From positions 36,208,001 to 36,272,000 of the forward strand of contig OZ024758.1 of NCBI GenBank assembly GCA_964016885.1: a stretch of 64,000 nucleotides of DNA, given 5' to 3'. The notes under the pieces are model-generated. The model worked only from the letters and a program-made list of their open reading frames with translations, had not been told where the DNA came from and made no database searches. The position numbers and the translations under genes are program-made. This stretch comes from Eledone cirrhosa (taxonomy: Eukaryota). How positions within the stretch are numbered: the stretch's first letter is position 1; every line of letters begins with the position of its first letter. This document shows positions 14,931 to 29,100 of the stretch, one piece after another.

Positions 14931-15849
14931 AAGTTCATGGTATTAGCTGTCAGAAGTAACTCCACTGTTGGTGAGAATTCATTTAAGTTAATGGTACTAG
15001 CTGTCAGAAGTAACTCCAATGTTGGTGAGAATTCATTTAAGTTCATGGTATTAGCTGTCAGAAGTAACTCCACTGTTGGTGAGTATTCATTTAAGTCATG
15101 GTATTAGCTGCCAGAAGTAACTCCACTGTTGGTGAGAATTCATTTAAGTTCATGGTATTAGCTGTCAGAAGTAACTCCACTGTTGGTGAGAATTCATTTA
15201 AGTTCATGGTATTAGCTGTCAGAAGTAACTCCACAGTTGGTGAGAATTCATTTAAGTTCATGGTATTAGTTGGTCAGAAGTAACTCCACTGTTGGTGAGA
15301 ATTCATTTAAGTCATGGTATTAGTTGTCAGAAGGAACTCCAATGTTGGTGAGAATTCATTTAAGTCATGGTACTAGCTGTCAGAAGTAACTCCACTGTTG
15401 GTGAGAATTCATTTAAGTTCATGGTATTAGCTGTCAGAAGGAACGCCACTGTTGGTGAGAATTCATTTAAGTTCATGGTATTAGCTGTCAGAAGTAACTC
15501 CACTGTTGGTGAGAATTCATTTAAGTTCATGGTACTAGCTGTCAGAAGTAACTCCAATGTTGGTGAGAATTCATTTAAGTTCATGGTATTAGCTGTCAGA
15601 AGTAACTCCACTGTTGGTGAGAATTCATTTAAGTCATGGTATTAGCTGTCAGAAGTAACTCCACTGTTGGTGAGAATTCATTTAAGTTCATGGTATTAGC
15701 TGTCAGAAGTAACTCCACTGTTGGTGAGAATTCATTTAAGTTCATGGTACTAGCTGTCAGAAGTAACTCCAATGTTGGTGAGAATTCATTTAAGTTCATG
15801 GTATTAGCTGTCAGAAGTAACTCCACTGTTGGTGAGAATTCATTTAAGT

Positions 15850-18800
15850 CATGGTATTAGCTGTCAGAAGTAACTCCACTGTTGGTGAGAATTCATTTAA
15901 GTTCATGGTATTAGCTGTCAGAAGTAACTCCACTGTTGGTGAGAATTCATTTAAGTTCATGGTATTAGCTGTCAGAAGTAACTCCACTGTTGGTGAGAAT
16001 TCATTTAATTTCATGGTATTAGCTGTCAGAAGTAACTCCACTGTTGGTGAGAATTCATTTAAGTTCATGGTACTAGCTGTCAGAAGTAACTCCAATGTTG
16101 GTGAGAATTCATTTAAGTTCATGGTATTAGCTGTCAGAAGTAACTCCACTGTTGGTGAGAATTCATTTAAGTCATGGTATTAGCTGTCAGAAGTAACTCC
16201 ACTGTTGGTGAGAATTCATTTAAGTTCATGGTATTAGCTGTCAGAAGGAACTCCACTGTTGGTGAGAATTCATTTAAGTTCATGGTACTAGCTGTCAGAA
16301 GTAACTCCAATGTTGGTGAGAATTCATTTAAGTTCATGGTATTAGCTGTCAGAAGTAACTCCACTGTTGGTGAGTATTCATTTAAGTCATGGTATTAGCT
16401 GTCAGAAGTAACTCCACTGTTGGTGAGAATTCATTTAAGTTCATGGTATTAGCTGTCAGAAGTAACTCCACTGTTGGTGAGAATTCATTTAAGTTCATGG
16501 TATTAGCTGTCAGAAGTAACTCCACTGTTGGTGAGAATTCATTTACGTTCATGGTATTAGTTTGTCAGAAGTAACTCCACTGTTGGTGAGAATTCATTTA
16601 AGTCATTGTATTAGTTGTCAGAAGTAACTCCAATGTTGGTGAGAATTCATTTAAGTTCATGGTAATAGCTGTCAGAAGTAACTCCACTGTTGGTGAGAAT
16701 TCATTTAAGTCATGGTATTAGCTGTCAGAAGTAACTCCAATGTTGGTGAGAATTCATTTAAGTCATGGTACTAGCTGTCAGAAGTCACTCCACTGTTGGT
16801 GAGAATTCATTTAAGTTCATGGTACTAGCTGTCAGAAATAACCCCAATGTTGGTGAGAATTCATTTAAGTTCATGGTACTAGCTGTCAGAAGTAACTCCA
16901 ATGTTGGTGAGAATTCATTTAAGTTCATGGTATTAGCTGTCAGAAGTAACTCCACTGTTGGTGAGAATTCATTTAAGTCATGGTATTAGCTGTCAGAAGT
17001 AACTCCACTGTTGGTGAGAATTCATTTAAGTTCATGGTATTAGCTGTCAGAAGTCACTCCAATGTTGGTGAGAATTCATTTAAGTTCATGGTACTAGCTG
17101 TCAGAAGTAACTCCAATGTTGGTGAGAATTCATTTAAGTTCATGGTATTAGCTGTCAGAAGGAACTCCACTGTTGCTGAGAATTCATTTAAGTTCATGGT
17201 ATTAGCTGTCAGAAGTAACTCCACTGTTGGTGAGAATTCATATAAGTTCATGGTGCTAGCTGTCAGAAGTAACTCCACTGTTGGTGAGAATTCATTTAAG
17301 TTCATGGTATTAGCTGTCAGAAGTAACTCCACTGTTGGTGAGAATTCATTTAAGTTCATGGTATTAGCTGACAGAAGTCACTCCACTGTTGGTGAGGATT
17401 CATTTAAGTTCATGGTACTAGCTGTCAGAAGTAACTCCAATGTTGGTGAGAATTCATTTAAATTCATGGTATTAGCTGTCAGAAGTAACTCCACTGTTGG
17501 TGAGAATTCATTTAAGTTCATGGTATTAGCTGTCAGAAGTAACTCCACTGTTGGTGAGAATTCATTTAAGTTCATGGTATTAGCTGTCAGAAGTAACTCC
17601 ACTGTTGGTGAGAATTCATTTAAGTTCATGGTACTAGCTGTCAGAAGTAACTCCAATGTTGGTGAGAATTCATTTAAGTTCATGGTATTAGCTGTCAGAA
17701 GTAACTCCACTGTTGGTGAGAATTCATTTAAGTCATGGTATTAGCTGTCAGAAGTAACTCCACTGTTGGTGAGAATTCATTTAAGTTCATGGTATTAGCT
17801 GTCAGAAGTAACTCCACTGTTGGTGAGAATTCATTTAAGTCATGGTATTAGCTGTCAGAAGTAACTCCACTGTTGGTGAGAATTCATTTAAGTTCATGGT
17901 ATTAGCTGTCAGAAGTAACTCCACTGTTGGTGAGAATTCATTTAAGTTCATGGTATTAGCTGTCAGAAGTAACTCCACTGTTGGTGAGAATTCATTTAAG
18001 TTCATGGTATTAGCTGTCAGAAGTAACTCCACTGTTGGTGAGAATTCATTTAAGTTCATGGTATTAGCTGTCAGAAGTAACTCCACTGTTGGTGAGAATT
18101 CATTTAATTTCATGGTATTAGCTGTCAGAAGTAACTCCACTGTTGGTGAGAATTCATTTAAGTTCATGGTACTAGCTGTCAGAAGTAACTCCAATGTTGG
18201 TGAGAATTCATTTAAGTTCATGGTATTAGCTGTCAGAAGTAACTCCACTGTTGGTGAGAATTCATTTAAGTCATGGTATTAGCTGTCAGAAGTAACTCCA
18301 CTGTTGGTGAGAATTCATTTAAGTTCATGGTATTAGCTGTCAGAAGGAACTCCACTGTTGGTGAGAATTCATTTAAGTTCATGGTACTAGCTGTCAGAAG
18401 TAACTCCAATGTTGGTGAGAATTCATTTAAGTTCATGGTATTAGCTGTCAGAAGTAACTCCACTGTTGGTGAGTATTCATTTAAGTCATGGTATTAGCTG
18501 TCAGAAGTAACTCCACTGTTGGTGAGAATTCATTTAAGTTCATGGTATTAGCTGTCAGAAGTAACTCCACTGTTGGTGAGAATTCATTTAAGTTCATGGT
18601 ATTAGCTGTCAGAAGTAACTCCACTGTTGGTGAGAATTCATTTACGTTCATGGTATTAGTTTGTCAGAAGTAACTCCACTGTTGGTGAGAATTCATTTAA
18701 GTCATTGTATTAGTTGTCAGAAGTAACTCCAATGTTGGTGAGAATTCATTTAAGTTCATGGTAATAGCTGTCAGAAGTAACTCCACTGTTGGTGAGAATT

Positions 18801-20100
18801 CATTTAAGTCATGGTATTAGCTGTCAGAAGTAACTCCAATGTTGGTGAGAATTCATTTAAGTCATGGTACTAGCTGTCAGAAGTCACTCCACTGTTGGTG
18901 AGAATTCATTTAAGTTCATGGTACTAGCTGTCAGAAATAACCCCAATGTTGGTGAGAATTCATTTAAGTTCATGGTACTAGCTGTCAGAAGTAACTCCAA
19001 TGTTGGTGAGAATTCATTTAAGTTCATGGTATTAGCTGTCAGAAGTAACTCCACTGTTGGTGAGAATTCATTTAAGTCATGGTATTAGCTGTCAGAAGTA
19101 ACTCCACTGTTGGTGAGAATTCATTTAAGTTCATGGTATTAGCTGTCAGAAGTCACTCCAATGTTGGTGAGAATTCATTTAAGTTCATGGTACTAGCTGT
19201 CAGAAGTAACTCCAATGTTGGTGAGAATTCATTTAAGTTCATGGTATTAGCTGTCAGAAGGAACTCCACTGTTGCTGAGAATTCATTTAAGTTCATGGTA
19301 TTAGCTGTCAGAAGTAACTCCACTGTTGGTGAGAATTCATATAAGTTCATGGTGCTAGCTGTCAGAAGTAACTCCACTGTTGGTGAGAATTCATTTAAGT
19401 TCATGGTATTAGCTGTCAGAAGTAACTCCACTGTTGGTGAGAATTCATTTAAGTTCATGGTATTAGCTGACAGAAGTCACTCCACTGTTGGTGAGGATTC
19501 ATTTAAGTTCATGGTACTAGCTGTCAGAAGTAACTCCAATGTTGGTGAGAATTCATTTAAATTCATGGTATTAGCTGTCAGAAGTAACTCCACTGTTGGT
19601 GAGAATTCATTTAAGTTCATGGTATTAGCTGTCAGAAGTAACTCCACTGTTGGTGAGAATTCATTTAAGTTCATGGTATTAGCTGTCAGAAGTAACTCCA
19701 CTGTTGGTGAGAATTCATTTAAGTTCATGGTACTAGCTGTCAGAAGTAACTCCAATGTTGGTGAGAATTCATTTAAGTTCATGGTATTAGCTGTCAGAAG
19801 TAACTCCACTGTTGGTGAGAATTCATTTAAGTCATGGTATTAGCTGTCAGAAGTAACTCCACTGTTGGTGAGAATTCATTTAAGTTCATGGTATTAGCTG
19901 TCAGAAGTAACTCCACTGTTGGTGAGAATTCATTTAAGTCATGGTATTAGCTGTCAGAAGTAACTCCACTGTTGGTGAGAATTCATTTAAGTTCATGGTA
20001 TTAGCTGTCAGAAGTAACTCCACTGTTGGTGAGAATTCATTTAAGTTCATGGTATTAGCTGTCAGAAGTAACTCCACTGTTGGTGAGAATTCATTTAAGT
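15850..20100 (+). repeat. Tandem higher-order duplication, period 2099 bp (39 monomers)
   Basis: ORF pairs are 16174/18273, 16389/18488, 16765/18864 and 16980/19079. The private marker TCATATAAG occurs at ~17238 and ~19337, and AAGTCATTG at ~16600 and ~18699. Confidence 0.9.
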
Positions 20101-23100
20101 TCATGGTATTAGTTTGTCAGAAGTAACTCCACTGTTGGTGAGAATTCATTTAAGTCATGGTATTAGTTGTCAGAAGTAACTCCAATGTTGGTGAGAATTC
20201 ATTTAAGTTCATGGTACTAGCTGTCAGAAGTAACTCCACTGTTGGTGAGAATTCATTTAAGTCATGGTACTAGCTGTCAGAAGTAACTCCAATGTTGGTG
20301 AGAATTCATTTAAGTCATGGTATTAGCTGTCAGAAGTAACTCCACTGTTGGTGAGAATTCATTTAAGTTCATGGTATTAGCTGTCAGAAGTAACTCCACT
20401 GTTGGTGAGAATTCATTTAAGTTCATGGTATTAGTTTGTCAGAAGTAACTCCACTGTTGGTGAGAATTCATTTATGTCATGGTATTAGTTGTCAGAAGTA
20501 ACTCCAATGTTGGTGAGAATTCATTTAAGTTCATGGTACTAGCTGTCAGAAGTAACTCCACTGTTGGTGAGAATTCATTTAAGTTCATGGTAATAGCTGT
20601 CAGAAGTAACTCCACTGTTGGTGAGAATTCATTTAAGTCATGGTATTAGCTGTCAGAAGTAACTCCAATGTTGGTGAGAATTCATTTAAGTCATGGTACT
20701 AGCTGTCAGAAGTAACCCCAATGTTGGTGAGAATTCATTTAAGTTCATGGTATTAGCTGTCAGAAGTCACTCCAATGTTGGTGAGAATTCATTTAAGTTC
20801 ATGGTATTAGCTGTCAGAAGTAACTCCACTGTTGGTAAGAATTCATTTAAGTTCATGGTATTAGCTGTCAGAAGTAACTCCACTGTTGGTGAGAATTCAT
20901 TTAAGTTCATGGTATTAGCTGTCAGAAGGAACGCCACTGTTGGTGAGAATTCATTTAAGTTCATGGTATTAGCTGTCAGAAGTAACTCCACTGTTGGTGA
21001 GAATTCATTTAAGTTCATGCTACTAGCTGTCAGAAGTAACTCCTATGTTGGTGAGAATTCATTTAAGTTCATGGTATTAGCTGTCAGAAGTAACTCCACT
21101 GTTGGTGAGAATTCATTTAAGTCATGGTATTAGTTGTCAGAAGGAACTCCAATGTTGGTGAGAATTCATTTAAGTCATGGTACTAGCTGTCAGAAGTAAC
21201 TCCACTGTTGGTGAGAATTCATTTAAGTTCATGGTATTAGCTGTCAGAAGTAACTCCACTGTTGGTGAGAATTCATTTAAGTCATGGTATTAGCTGTCAG
21301 AAGTAACTCCACTGTTGGTGAGAATTCATTTAAGTTCATGGTATTAGCTGTCAGAAGTAACTCCACTGTTGGTGAGAATTCATTTAAGTTCATGGTACTA
21401 GCTGTCAGAAGTAACTCCAATGTTGGTGAGAATTCATTTAAGTTCATGGTATTAGCTGTCAGAAGTAACTCCACTGTTGGTGAGAATTCATTTAAGTCAT
21501 GGTATTAGCTGTCAGAAGTAACTCCACTGTTGGTGAGAATTCATTTAAGTTCATGGTATTAGCTGTCAGAAGTAACTCCACTGTTGGTGAGAATTCATTT
21601 AAGTTCATGGTATTAGCTGTCAGAAGTAACTCCACTGTTGGTGAGAATTCATTTAATTTCATGGTATTAGCTGTCAGAAGTAACTCCACTGTTGGTGAGA
21701 ATTCATTTAAGTTCATGGTACTAGCTGTCAGAAGTAACTCCAATGTTGGTGAGAATTCATTTAAGTTCATGGTATTAGCTGTCAGAAGTAACTCCACTGT
21801 TGGTGAGAATTCATTTAAGTCATGGTATTAGCTGTCAGAAGTAACTCCACTGTTGGTGAGAATTCATTTAAGTTCATGGTATTAGCTGTCAGAAGGAACT
21901 CCACTGTTGGTGAGAATTCATTTAAGTTCATGGTACTAGCTGTCAGAAGTAACTCCAATGTTGGTGAGAATTCATTTAAGTTCATGGTATTAGCTGTCAG
22001 AAGTAACTCCACTGTTGGTGAGTATTCATTTAAGTCATGGTATTAGCTGTCAGAAGTAACTCCACTGTTGGTGAGAATTCATTTAAGTTCATGGTATTAG
22101 CTGTCAGAAGTAACTCCACTGTTGGTGAGAATTCATTTAAGTTCATGGTATTAGCTGTCAGAAGTAACTCCACTGTTGGTGAGAATTCATTTACGTTCAT
22201 GGTATTAGTTTGTCAGAAGTAACTCCACTGTTGGTGAGAATTCATTTAAGTCATGGTATTAGTTGTCAGAAGTAACTCCAATGTTGGTGAGAATTCATTT
22301 AAGTTCATGGTAATAGCTGTCAGAAGTAACTCCACTGTTGGTGAGAATTCATTTAAGTCATGGTATTAGCTGTCAGAAGTAACTCCAATGTTGGTGAGAA
22401 TTCATTTAAGTCATGGTACTAGCTGTCAGAAGTCACTCCACTGTTGGTGAGAATTCATTTAAGTTCATGGTACTAGCTGTCAGAAATAACCCCAATGTTG
22501 GTGAGAATTCATTTAAGTTCATGGTATTAGCTGTCAGAAGTCACTCCAATGTTGGTGAGAATTCATTTAAGTTCATGGTATTAGCTGTCAGAAGTAACTC
22601 CACTGTTGGTGAGAATTCATTTAAGTCATGGTATTAGCTGTCAGAAGTAACTCCACTGTTGGTGAGAATTCATTTAAGTTCATGGTATTAGCTGTCAGAA
22701 GGAACTCCACTGTTGGTGAGAATTCATTTAAGTTCATGGTACTAGCTGTCAGAAGTAACTCCACTGTTGGTGAGAATTCATTTAATTTCATGGTATTAGC
22801 TGTCAGAAGTAACTCCACTGTTGGTGAGAATTCATTTAAGTTCATGGTACTAGCTGTCAGAAGTAACTCCAATGTTGGTGAGAATTCATTTAAGTTCATG
22901 GTATTAGCTGTCAGAAGTAACTCCACTGTTGGTGAGAATTCATTTAAGTCATGGTATTAGCTGTCAGAAGTAACTCCACTGTTGGTGAGAATTCATTTAA
23001 GTTCATGGTATTAGCTGTCAGAAGTCACTCCAATGTTGGTGAGAATTCATTTAAGTTCATGGTACTAGCTGTCAGAAGTAACTCCAATGTTGGTGAGAAT

Positions 23101-26100
23101 TCATTTAAGTTCATGGTATTAGCTGTCAGAAGGAACTCCACTGTTGCTGAGAATTCATTTAAGTTCATGGTATTAGCTGTCAGAAGTAACTCCACTGTTG
23201 GTGAGAATTCATTTAAGTTCATGGTGCTAGCTGTCAGAAGTAACTCCACTGTTGGTGAGAATTCATTTAATTTCATGGTATTAGCTGTCAGAAGTAACTC
23301 CACTGTTGGTGAGAATTCATTTAAGTTCATGGTATTAGCTGACAGAAGTCACTCCACTGTTGGTGAGGATTCATTTAAGTTCATGGTACTAGCTGTCAGA
23401 AGTAACTCCAATGTTGGTGAGAATTCATTTAAATTCATGGTATTAGCTGTCAGAAGTAACTCCACTGTTGGTGAGAATTCATTTAAGTTCATGGTATTAG
23501 CTGTCAGAAGTAACTCCACTGTTGGTGAGAATTCATTTAAGTTCATGGTATTAGCTGTCAGAAGTAACTCCACTGTTGGTGAGAATTCATTTAAGTTCAT
23601 GGTACTAGCTGTCAGAAGTAACTCCAATGTTGGTGAGAATTCATTTAAGTTCATGGTATTAGCTGTCAGAAGTAACTCCACTGTTGGTGAGAATTCATTT
23701 AAGTCATGGTATTAGCTGTCAGAAGTAACTCCACTGTTGGTGAGAATTCATTTAAGTTCATGGTATTAGCTGTCAGAAGTAACTCCACTGTTGGTGAGAA
23801 TTCATTTAAGTCATGGTATTAGCTGTCAGAAGTAACTCCACTGTTGGTGAGAATTCATTTAAGTTCATGGTATTAGCTGTCAGAAGTAACTCCACTGTTG
23901 GTGAGAATTCATTTAAGTTCATGGTATTAGCTGTCAGAAGTAACTCCACTGTTGGTGAGAATTCATTTAAGTTCATGGTATTAGTTTGTCAGAAGTAACT
24001 CCACTGTTGGTGAGAATTCATTTAAGTCATGGTATTAGTTGTCAGAAGTAACTCCAATGTTGGTGAGAATTCATTTAAGTTCATGGTACTAGCTGTCAGA
24101 AGTAACTCCACTGTTGGTGAGAATTCATTTAAGTCATGGTACTAGCTGTCAGAAGTAACTCCAATGTTGGTGAGAATTCATTTAAGTCATGGTATTAGCT
24201 GTCAGAAGTAACTCCACTGTTGGTGAGAATTCATTTAAGTTCATGGTATTAGCTGTCAGAAGTAACTCCACTGTTGGTGAGAATTCATTTAAGTTCATGG
24301 TATTAGTTTGTCAGAAGTAACTCCACTGTTGGTGAGAATTCATTTAAGTCATGGTATTAGTTGTCAGAAGTAACTCCAATGTTGGTGAGAATTCATTTAA
24401 GTTCATGGTACTAGCTGTCAGAAGTAACTCCACTGTTGGTGAGAATTCATTTAAGTTCATGGTAATAGCTGTCAGAAGTAACTCCACTGTTGGTGAGAAT
24501 TCATTTAAGTCATGGTATTAGCTGTCAGAAGTAACTCCAATGTTGGTGAGAATTCATTTAAGTCATGGTACTAGCTGTCAGAAGTAACCCCAATGTTGGT
24601 GAGAATTCATTTAAGTTCATGGTATTAGCTGTCAGAAGTCACTCCAATGTTGGTGAGAATTCATTTAAGTTCATGGTATTAGCTGTCAGAAGTAACTCCA
24701 CTGTTGGTAAGAATTCATTTAAGTTCATGGTATTAGCTGTCAGAAGTAACTCCACTGTTGGTGAGAATTCATTTAAGTTCATGGTATTAGCTGTCAGAAG
24801 GAACGCCACTGTTGGTGAGAATTCATTTAAGTTCATGGTATTAGCTGTCAGAAGTAACTCCACTGTTGGTGAGAATTCATTTAAGTTCATGCTACTAGCT
24901 GTCAGAAGTAACTCCTATGTTGGTGAGAATTCATTTAAGTTCATGGTATTAGCTGTCAGAAGTAACTCCACTGTTGGTGAGAATTCATTTAAGTCATGGT
25001 ATTAGTTGTCAGAAGGAACTCCAATGTTGGTGAGAATTCATTTAAGTCATGGTACTAGCTGTCAGAAGTAACTCCACTGTTGGTGAGAATTCATTTAAGT
25101 TCATGGTATTAGCTGTCAGAAGGAACGCCACTGTTGGTGAGAATTCATTTAAGTTCATGGTATTAGCTGTCAGAAGTAACTCCACTGTTGGTGAGAATTC
25201 ATTTAAGTTCATGGTACTAGCTGTCAGAAGTAACTCCAATGTTGGTGAGAATTCATTTAAGTTCATGGTATTAGCTGTCAGAAGTAACTCCACTGTTGGT
25301 GAGAATTCATTTAAGTCATGGTATTAGCTGTCAGAAGTAACTCCACTGTTGGTGAGAATTCATTTAAGTTCATGGTATTAGCTGTCAGAAGTAACTCCAC
25401 TGTTGGTGAGAATTCATTTAAGTTCATGGTACTAGCTGTCAGAAGTAACTCCAATGTTGGTGAGAATTCATTTAAGTTCATGGTATTAGCTGTCAGAAGT
25501 AACTCCACTGTTGGTGAGAATTCATTTAAGTCATGGTATTAGCTGTCAGAAGTAACTCCACTGTTGGTGAGAATTCATTTAAGTTCATGGTATTAGCTGT
25601 CAGAAGTAACTCCACTGTTGGTGAGAATTCATTTAAGTTCATGGTATTAGCTGTCAGAAGTAACTCCACTGTTGGTGAGAATTCATTTAATTTCATGGTA
25701 TTAGCTGTCAGAAGTAACTCCACTGTTGGTGAGAATTCATTTAAGTTCATGGTACTAGCTGTCAGAAGTAACTCCAATGTTGGTGAGAATTCATTTAAGT
25801 TCATGGTATTAGCTGTCAGAAGTAACTCCACTGTTGGTGAGAATTCATTTAAGTCATGGTATTAGCTGTCAGAAGTAACTCCACTGTTGGTGAGAATTCA
25901 TTTAAGTTCATGGTATTAGCTGTCAGAAGGAACTCCACTGTTGGTGAGAATTCATTTAAGTTCATGGTACTAGCTGTCAGAAATAACCCCAATGTTGGTG
26001 AGAATTCATTTAAGTTCATGGTATTAGCTGTCAGAAGTCACTCCAATGTTGGTGAGAATTCATTTAAGTTCATGGTATTAGCTGTCAGAAGTAACTCCAC

Positions 26101-29100
26101 TGTTGGTGAGAATTCATTTAAGTCATGGTATTAGCTGTCAGAAGTAACTCCACTGTTGGTGAGAATTCATTTAAGTTCATGGTATTAGCTGTCAGAAGGA
26201 ACTCCACTGTTGGTGAGAATTCATTTAAGTTCATGGTACTAGCTGTCAGAAGTAACTCCACTGTTGGTGAGAATTCATTTAATTTCATGGTATTAGCTGT
26301 CAGAAGTAACTCCACTGTTGGTGAGAATTCATTTAAGTTCATGGTACTAGCTGTCAGAAGTAACTCCAATGTTGGTGAGAATTCATTTAAGTTCATGGTA
26401 TTAGCTGTCAGAAGTAACTCCACTGTTGGTGAGAATTCATTTAAGTCATGGTATTAGCTGTCAGAAGTAACTCCACTGTTGGTGAGAATTCATTTAAGTT
26501 CATGGTATTAGCTGTCAGAAGTCACTCCAATGTTGGTGAGAATTCATTTAAGTTCATGGTACTAGCTGTCAGAAGTAACTCCAATGTTGGTGAGAATTCA
26601 TTTAAGTTCATGGTATTAGCTGTCAGAAGGAACTCCACTGTTGCTGAGAATTCATTTAAGTTCATGGTATTAGCTGTCAGAAGTAACTCCACTGTTGGTG
26701 AGAATTCATTTAAGTTCATGGTGCTAGCTGTCAGAAGTAACTCCACTGTTGGTGAGAATTCATTTAATTTCATGGTATTAGCTGTCAGAAGTAACTCCAC
26801 TGTTGGTGAGAATTCATTTAAGTTCATGGTATTAGCTGACAGAAGTCACTCCACTGTTGGTGAGGATTCATTTAAGTTCATGGTACTAGCTGTCAGAAGT
26901 AACTCCAATGTTGGTGAGAATTCATTTAAATTCATGGTATTAGCTGTCAGAAGTAACTCCACTGTTGGTGAGAATTCATTTAAGTTCATGGTATTAGCTG
27001 TCAGAAGTAACTCCACTGTTGGTGAGAATTCATTTAAGTTCATGGTATTAGCTGTCAGAAGTAACTCCACTGTTGGTGAGAATTCATTTAAGTTCATGGT
27101 ACTAGCTGTCAGAAGTAACTCCAATGTTGGTGAGAATTCATTTAAGTTCATGGTATTAGCTGTCAGAAGTAACTCCACTGTTGGTGAGAATTCATTTAAG
27201 TCATGGTATTAGCTGTCAGAAGTAACTCCACTGTTGGTGAGAATTCATTTAAGTTCATGGTATTAGCTGTCAGAAGTAACTCCACTGTTGGTGAGAATTC
27301 ATTTAAGTCATGGTATTAGCTGTCAGAAGTAACTCCACTGTTGGTGAGAATTCATTTAAGTTCATGGTATTAGCTGTCAGAAGTAACTCCACTGTTGGTG
27401 AGAATTCATTTAAGTTCATGGTATTAGCTGTCAGAAGTAACTCCACTGTTGGTGAGAATTCATTTAAGTTCATGGTATTAGTTTGTCAGAAGTAACTCCA
27501 CTGTTGGTGAGAATTCATTTAAGTCATGGTATTAGTTGTCAGAAGTAACTCCAATGTTGGTGAGAATTCATTTAAGTTCATGGTACTAGCTGTCAGAAGT
27601 AACTCCACTGTTGGTGAGAATTCATTTAAGTCATGGTACTAGCTGTCAGAAGTAACTCCAATGTTGGTGAGAATTCATTTAAGTCATGGTATTAGCTGTC
27701 AGAAGTAACTCCACTGTTGGTGAGAATTCATTTAAGTTCATGGTATTAGCTGTCAGAAGTAACTCCACTGTTGGTGAGAATTCATTTAAGTTCATGGTAT
27801 TAGTTTGTCAGAAGTAACTCCACTGTTGGTGAGAATTCATTTAAGTCATGGTATTAGTTGTCAGAAGTAACTCCAATGTTGGTGAGAATTCATTTAAGTT
27901 CATGGTACTAGCTGTCAGAAGTAACTCCACTGTTGGTGAGAATTCATTTAAGTTCATGGTAATAGCTGTCAGAAGTAACTCCACTGTTGGTGAGAATTCA
28001 TTTAAGTCATGGTATTAGCTGTCAGAAGTAACTCCAATGTTGGTGAGAATTCATTTAAGTCATGGTACTAGCTGTCAGAAGTAACCCCAATGTTGGTGAG
28101 AATTCATTTAAGTTCATGGTATTAGCTGTCAGAAGTCACTCCAATGTTGGTGAGAATTCATTTAAGTTCATGGTATTAGCTGTCAGAAGTAACTCCACTG
28201 TTGGTAAGAATTCATTTAAGTTCATGGTATTAGCTGTCAGAAGTAACTCCACTGTTGGTGAGAATTCATTTAAGTTCATGGTATTAGCTGTCAGAAGGAA
28301 CGCCACTGTTGGTGAGAATTCATTTAAGTTCATGGTATTAGCTGTCAGAAGTAACTCCACTGTTGGTGAGAATTCATTTAAGTTCATGCTACTAGCTGTC
28401 AGAAGTAACTCCTATGTTGGTGAGAATTCATTTAAGTTCATGGTATTAGCTGTCAGAAGTAACTCCACTGTTGGTGAGAATTCATTTAAGTCATGGTATT
28501 AGTTGTCAGAAGGAACTCCAATGTTGGTGAGAATTCATTTAAGTCATGGTACTAGCTGTCAGAAGTAACTCCACTGTTGGTGAGAATTCATTTAAGTTCA
28601 TGGTATTAGCTGTCAGAAGGAACGCCACTGTTGGTGAGAATTCATTTAAGTTCATGGTATTAGCTGTCAGAAGTAACTCCACTGTTGGTGAGAATTCATT
28701 TAAGTTCATGGTACTAGCTGTCAGAAGTAACTCCAATGTTGGTGAGAATTCATTTAAGTTCATGGTATTAGCTGTCAGAAGTAACTCCACTGTTGGTGAG
28801 AATTCATTTAAGTCATGGTATTAGCTGTCAGAAGTAACTCCACTGTTGGTGAGAATTCATTTAAGTTCATGGTATTAGCTGTCAGAAGTAACTCCACTGT
28901 TGGTGAGAATTCATTTAAGTTCATGGTACTAGCTGTCAGAAGTAACTCCAATGTTGGTGAGAATTCATTTAAGTTCATGGTATTAGCTGTCAGAAGTAAC
29001 TCCACTGTTGGTGAGAATTCATTTAAGTCATGGTATTAGCTGTCAGAAGTAACTCCACTGTTGGTGAGAATTCATTTAAGTTCATGGTATTAGCTGTCAG

